Below, piece after piece: positions 60,894-64,000 of a stretch of DNA of 64,000 nucleotides. Positions within the stretch are counted from its first letter, which is position 1. Each line of letters starts with the position of its first letter. Location: contig JAHCIT010000002.1 of the NCBI GenBank assembly GCA_026129095.1, forward strand, positions 62,001 to 126,000, read 5' to 3'. Under the pieces are notes generated by a model. That model worked only from the letters and a program-made list of their open reading frames with translations. It searched no databases and was not told the origin of the DNA. The translations under genes and the position numbers were made by a program. Origin of the DNA: Deltaproteobacteria bacterium (GTDB taxonomy: Bacteria > JAGRBM01 > JAHCIT01).

Positions 60894-62372
60894 TTATTCC
60901 TCGGCCGGTACCGAATCATCAGGGAAATCGCCCTTGGCGCGGTTGGTGAACTTCGTGATCTCCTTGAGGTAGGTCAGGTTCACGTCATCCGTGGGGCCGT
61001 GCCGGTTCTTGGCGACGATGATCTTGGCAAGGCCAAGCCACTTCTTCTCCTTGGCAACTTCATACGGCACAAACATTTCGGGGCGATGGATCAGCAGCAC
61101 GACATCCGCATCCTGCTCGATGGCACCTGATTCGCGCAGGTCCGAAAGCTGGGGTTTCTGATCGTTTCGCTCGGTGGATTTCCGGTTCAGCTGCGAGAGC
61201 GCCACCACCGGCCACTGGAGTTCCTTGGCCAGCATCTTCAGGTCGCGGGAAATCTGGCCGACGATGTCATTGCGGCTGGCGTTCCGCGAGGTTCCCGGCG
61301 GACCATCCATGAGCTGCAGGTAATCTATCACCACCATGCCAATCTTGTGGTACCTGCCAGACTTCTCGACCTCGCGCTTGATCCGGCGGGCGCGGGCGCG
61401 GATGTCGAGCGTCGACACCCGGCCGTTGTCGTCCACCCAGACCGGAGACTGGGAAATCACATCGGCGGACGAAACCAGGCGCCGGTATTCGGTTTCATGC
61501 AGCCCTCCCCGGCGCGTCAGGTTCTTGGTTGACATCCCGGTCGAGGACGACAGCATCCGGAGCATCAGTTCGTTGGAACTCATTTCGAGCGAAAAGACGA
61601 CGACAGGATGCGGCTTTATCTGCTGGTAATCCGGCCGTTCGGGGTCCAGCCCCCTGGAGGCCGCATGGGCGACCGCGTTCATCACGAATGACGTCTTGCC
61701 CGATCCGGGCCGTCCGGCAACGACAACAAAGGCTCCGGGCTGTAGGTTCGACAGGATTTCATCCAGATCGCTGAAACCCGTGGCGACTCCGGACTCTTCG
61801 TTCCGGTCCCAGCGGGCCGTGATCTCCTCGAAGAGGCCCTTGAACAGGCCTCCCACGTGCGGGACGTTTTCCTTGGTGCGCTGCTGGCGGATATGGAGGA
61901 TGTTCTCCTCCGCCTCGTCAAGGAGCTGTCCGGCATCCGAGTCGGGCTGATAGGCGCGCTCCCGGATCTCGCCACTCACCTGGGCCACTGTTCGCTTGAT
62001 CGAGTTATCCCGGATCAGGCTGGCGTGATAGCGGATATCGACGATCGTAACGGCCCGCTCGGCCATCGACTGGAGATGCAGCCGCCCGCCCACCTGCTGC
62101 AGGACGCCGAGCGCTTCGAGCCGGGTGGCGAGCGATACAAGGTCGATCGGGGACTTGTCCCTTTCGAGCTGCCGCATCGCCTCGAATATCTGCCGGTTGA
62201 AGGTTGAGTAGAAATCGCCGGGTTCCAGGAAATCGATCTGGTCGAGCGCGGCATTGTCGAGCAGCACCGCACCCAGCACCGCTTCCTCGGCCTCGGGATT
62301 CGCCGGGGCCTGCAACGGAGCACCCGCCTCCCGAGCACCCTGACGATTGGTAACCAGTCTCAGTTCGTCCAT
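60894..62372 (-). CDS. dnaB: Replicative DNA helicase
   Basis: EAEEAVLGAVL, GRPGSGKT, FSLEM, IDYLQLM, SQLNR, DLRESGAIEQDAD, KNRHGP. No intein visible. Start set at ATG 62372. Confidence 0.97.
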   Translation of the reverse strand: MDELRLVTNRQGAREAGAPLQAPANPEAEEAVLGAVLLDNAALDQIDFLEPGDFYSTFNRQIFEAMRQLERDKSPIDLVSLATRLEALGVLQQVGGRLHLQSMAERAVTIVDIRYHASLIRDNSIKRTVAQVSGEIRERAYQPDSDAGQLLDEAEENILHIRQQRTKENVPHVGGLFKGLFEEITARWDRNEESGVATGFSDLDEILSNLQPGAFVVVAGRPGSGKTSFVMNAVAHAASRGLDPERPDYQQIKPHPVVVFSLEMSSNELMLRMLSSSTGMSTKNLTRRGGLHETEYRRLVSSADVISQSPVWVDDNGRVSTLDIRARARRIKREVEKSGRYHKIGMVVIDYLQLMDGPPGTSRNASRNDIVGQISRDLKMLAKELQWPVVALSQLNRKSTERNDQKPQLSDLRESGAIEQDADVVLLIHRPEMFVPYEVAKEKKWLGLAKIIVAKNRHGPTDDVNLTYLKEITKFTNRAKGDFPDDSVPAEE

Positions 62373-62595
62373 GACAATTCCTGCTGATCCCTGTTTGAAC
62401 GGGTATCCGTCTGCTGCCCGCTGACGAGAGCCCTGCTTATACTCCAACTGTCCGGATGCGGTTGCAGACAAGGTTGTGGATGGGGTGTGAGCAAGCAGAT
62501 TTTTTCACGGAATAACTCCCGGAAAACCCCACCTGCCATCAGGTTACACCAGGCATATGTCAGGGCGTGACATACGTATAACGCACATAAACGCG

Positions 62596-62620
62596 AAAAG
62601 GCGGCCTTATGGCCGCCTCT
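62596..62620 (-). terminator. Intrinsic terminator after rplI
   Basis: Minus strand AGGCGGCC-ATAA-GGCCGCCT running into TTTT, ~25 nt after the rplI stop. Confidence 0.7.
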
Positions 62621-62644
62621 CCATCCGTAAATCCGGTTTCCGGC

Positions 62645-63106
62645 TCAGGCGTCCGGAGTTTCTTCCGGCGCCACCGTGACGAGAATTTCGACCGAAAGTT
62701 CGTGGTGGACCCTCACTGGCACCCGGAAATCGCCGAGCTGCTTGATCGGCGAGGCGACCTTGATGTCGCGGCGGTCAATGACGGCAAAGCCCTTCTTGTG
62801 AACCGCTTCGGCAATATCGGCAGCGCCGACCGAACCGAACAGCTTGCCGCCCTCGCCGGCCTTGGCGCGGATTTCGACATGCAAATCCTTGAGTTGCTTG
62901 GCGAGCAGTTCCGCCGAGGCCCGGACCTTGCGAGCCTTGTCCTCCGCGACCTTCAGTTCGTGCTTCATCTGGGCGACCTTGCCTTCGTCGGCCACCACGG
63001 CGAGACCCCGCGGTATGAGGAAGTTACGGGCATAACCCGGCCGTACATCCACGACCTTGCCGATCTGGCCCAACGTTTCGATGTTGTCTTTCAGAATCAC
63101 TCGCAT
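62645..63106 (-). CDS. rplI: 50S ribosomal protein L9
   Basis: MRVIL..LG..G.VVDVRPGYARNFLIP and GKLFGSV; SD GGAG upstream. Confidence 0.98.
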   Translation of the reverse strand: MRVILKDNIETLGQIGKVVDVRPGYARNFLIPRGLAVVADEGKVAQMKHELKVAEDKARKVRASAELLAKQLKDLHVEIRAKAGEGGKLFGSVGAADIAEAVHKKGFAVIDRRDIKVASPIKQLGDFRVPVRVHHELSVEILVTVAPEETPDA

Positions 63107-63172
63107 GAGTACTGCTCTCCACCCTAAAACCGCCCGGCTCCGCAGACAGCGGCCACCAAACGGAAGGCGGAC

Positions 63173-63225
63173 CTTGTAGCTGCCGCCGGGTCCGGCGTCA
63201 AATCTATTGTAATATCAACTGGTTA
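63173..63225 (-). promoter_or_regulatory. Candidate sigma70 promoter for rplI with upstream IHF consensus site
   Basis: Minus strand TTGACG-17 nt-TACAAG (63201-63173; imperfect -10). Plus strand TATCAACTGGTTA (63213-63225) fits the IHF consensus WATCAANNNNTTR. Confidence 0.4.
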
Positions 63226-63228
63226 TTC

Positions 63229-64000
63229 TCACTCTTGGCCGGTCTTGGAACGGCCACCGGACAGCCTTTTCCGGTAGTCGGCCCACAGGTCCGTTACCCC
63301 CACTCCCAGGACCACCGGAAAGAGGGTTACCAGGACCAGCCATGACAGCCAGCCGGGAATTCGGACCGACCGGAAGAAAACGGCCACGACCACCATCCCC
63401 TGCGCGACATATAACACTGCAAATCCATAGAGAAACCCCAGTGCGACGTAATACTCCTGCCAGTAGCCGTCCAGCAGCCCCAGCACGCCGGTAACGGCGG
63501 CCAGCAGCAGTGCCGGAACCATCAGCCAATCCGGCCACCGAAAGGCGCGGAGCGTTTCCTCTGACCAGACGCCGCTGTACCGGGCGAACTGGGCCATGTA
63601 GGTAACCTGCCATGCGGCACATCCGGACATGAACAGTCCCGGCATGAGCAGCGTCCGGACATGAAGCTGGTCCCCCTGCTGAAGGCGGAACTCCCGCGCC
63701 TGGTCTTCGGTGAGAGTTCCCTGGAGCATCTGGAACCGGATTGCTTCCTCGATGGCGGACTCCAGTATCTGCCGGAGTGCCGGGTAGAATTCATCGCCCG
63801 CTTTCAGCGCAAAGGCCGCGACCAGTACACCAGCCGGCAAAATCGTAATGGCGAGTGTCCTGCATGCGAACGGGACGAGAAGCCGGCCTGTCCGGGCCTG
63901 TTCCCCCGCCATGACGCCGAAGAGGAATACGGTTCCGGCGGCCATCATGCCGCCAATTTCTCTCAGATCACCCGGAAACAGAAGGCCACCGGCCAGCCCG
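63229..64000 (-). CDS. DUF2232/YybS-family membrane protein (5'-partial)
   Basis: Multi-TM protein with LYVAQGMVVV and LGVGVTDLWADYRKRL, lying upstream of rplI. The frame stays open to the window end. Confidence 0.8.
   Translation of the reverse strand, partial: GLAGGLLFPGDLREIGGMMAAGTVFLFGVMAGEQARTGRLLVPFACRTLAITILPAGVLVAAFALKAGDEFYPALRQILESAIEEAIRFQMLQGTLTEDQAREFRLQQGDQLHVRTLLMPGLFMSGCAAWQVTYMAQFARYSGVWSEETLRAFRWPDWLMVPALLLAAVTGVLGLLDGYWQEYYVALGFLYGFAVLYVAQGMVVVAVFFRSVRIPGWLSWLVLVTLFPVVLGVGVTDLWADYRKRLSGGRSKTGQE

Overview
GC-rich (~65% by eye) bacterial chromosomal window. The gene order DUF2232-rplI-dnaB and a JAB-DinG fusion suggest a deltaproteobacterium in the broad sense (inference). 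The left 39 kb holds three tandem, co-oriented (minus strand), paralogous giant lipoprotein genes: <1..13443 (>4481 aa), 13850..~27373/27421 (~4500 aa) and 27650..39091 (~3813 aa). The first is missing from the ORF track because it runs off the left edge. All three have a lipobox, a mosaic beta-rich N-terminal half and a shared ~2100-2400 aa acidic, Leu-rich, probably helical C-terminal core with conserved Cys and DxDxDG motifs. The N-terminal halves carry Ig-like repeats, repeats resembling phage tail-sheath domains, and a ~70-aa beta module that is also inserted at paralog-specific sites in the core. I do not recognise this as a described system; it is the main candidate. Next come a membrane-anchored trypsin-like protease, a HEAT-repeat protein, a STAS-like protein and an internally duplicated exported protein. 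The right 20 kb is housekeeping/metabolic: dnaX, SRP RNA, yaeQ-like, USP, RNase E/G, metallophosphoesterase, FadF-like oxidoreductase, biotin carboxylase, crotonase, meaB, JAB-DinG, DUF503, isochorismatase, tandem DUF971, dnaB, rplI and a partial DUF2232. I saw no CRISPR array, transposase, rRNA or tRNA. Family assignments come from recognising motifs by eye, not from database searches.
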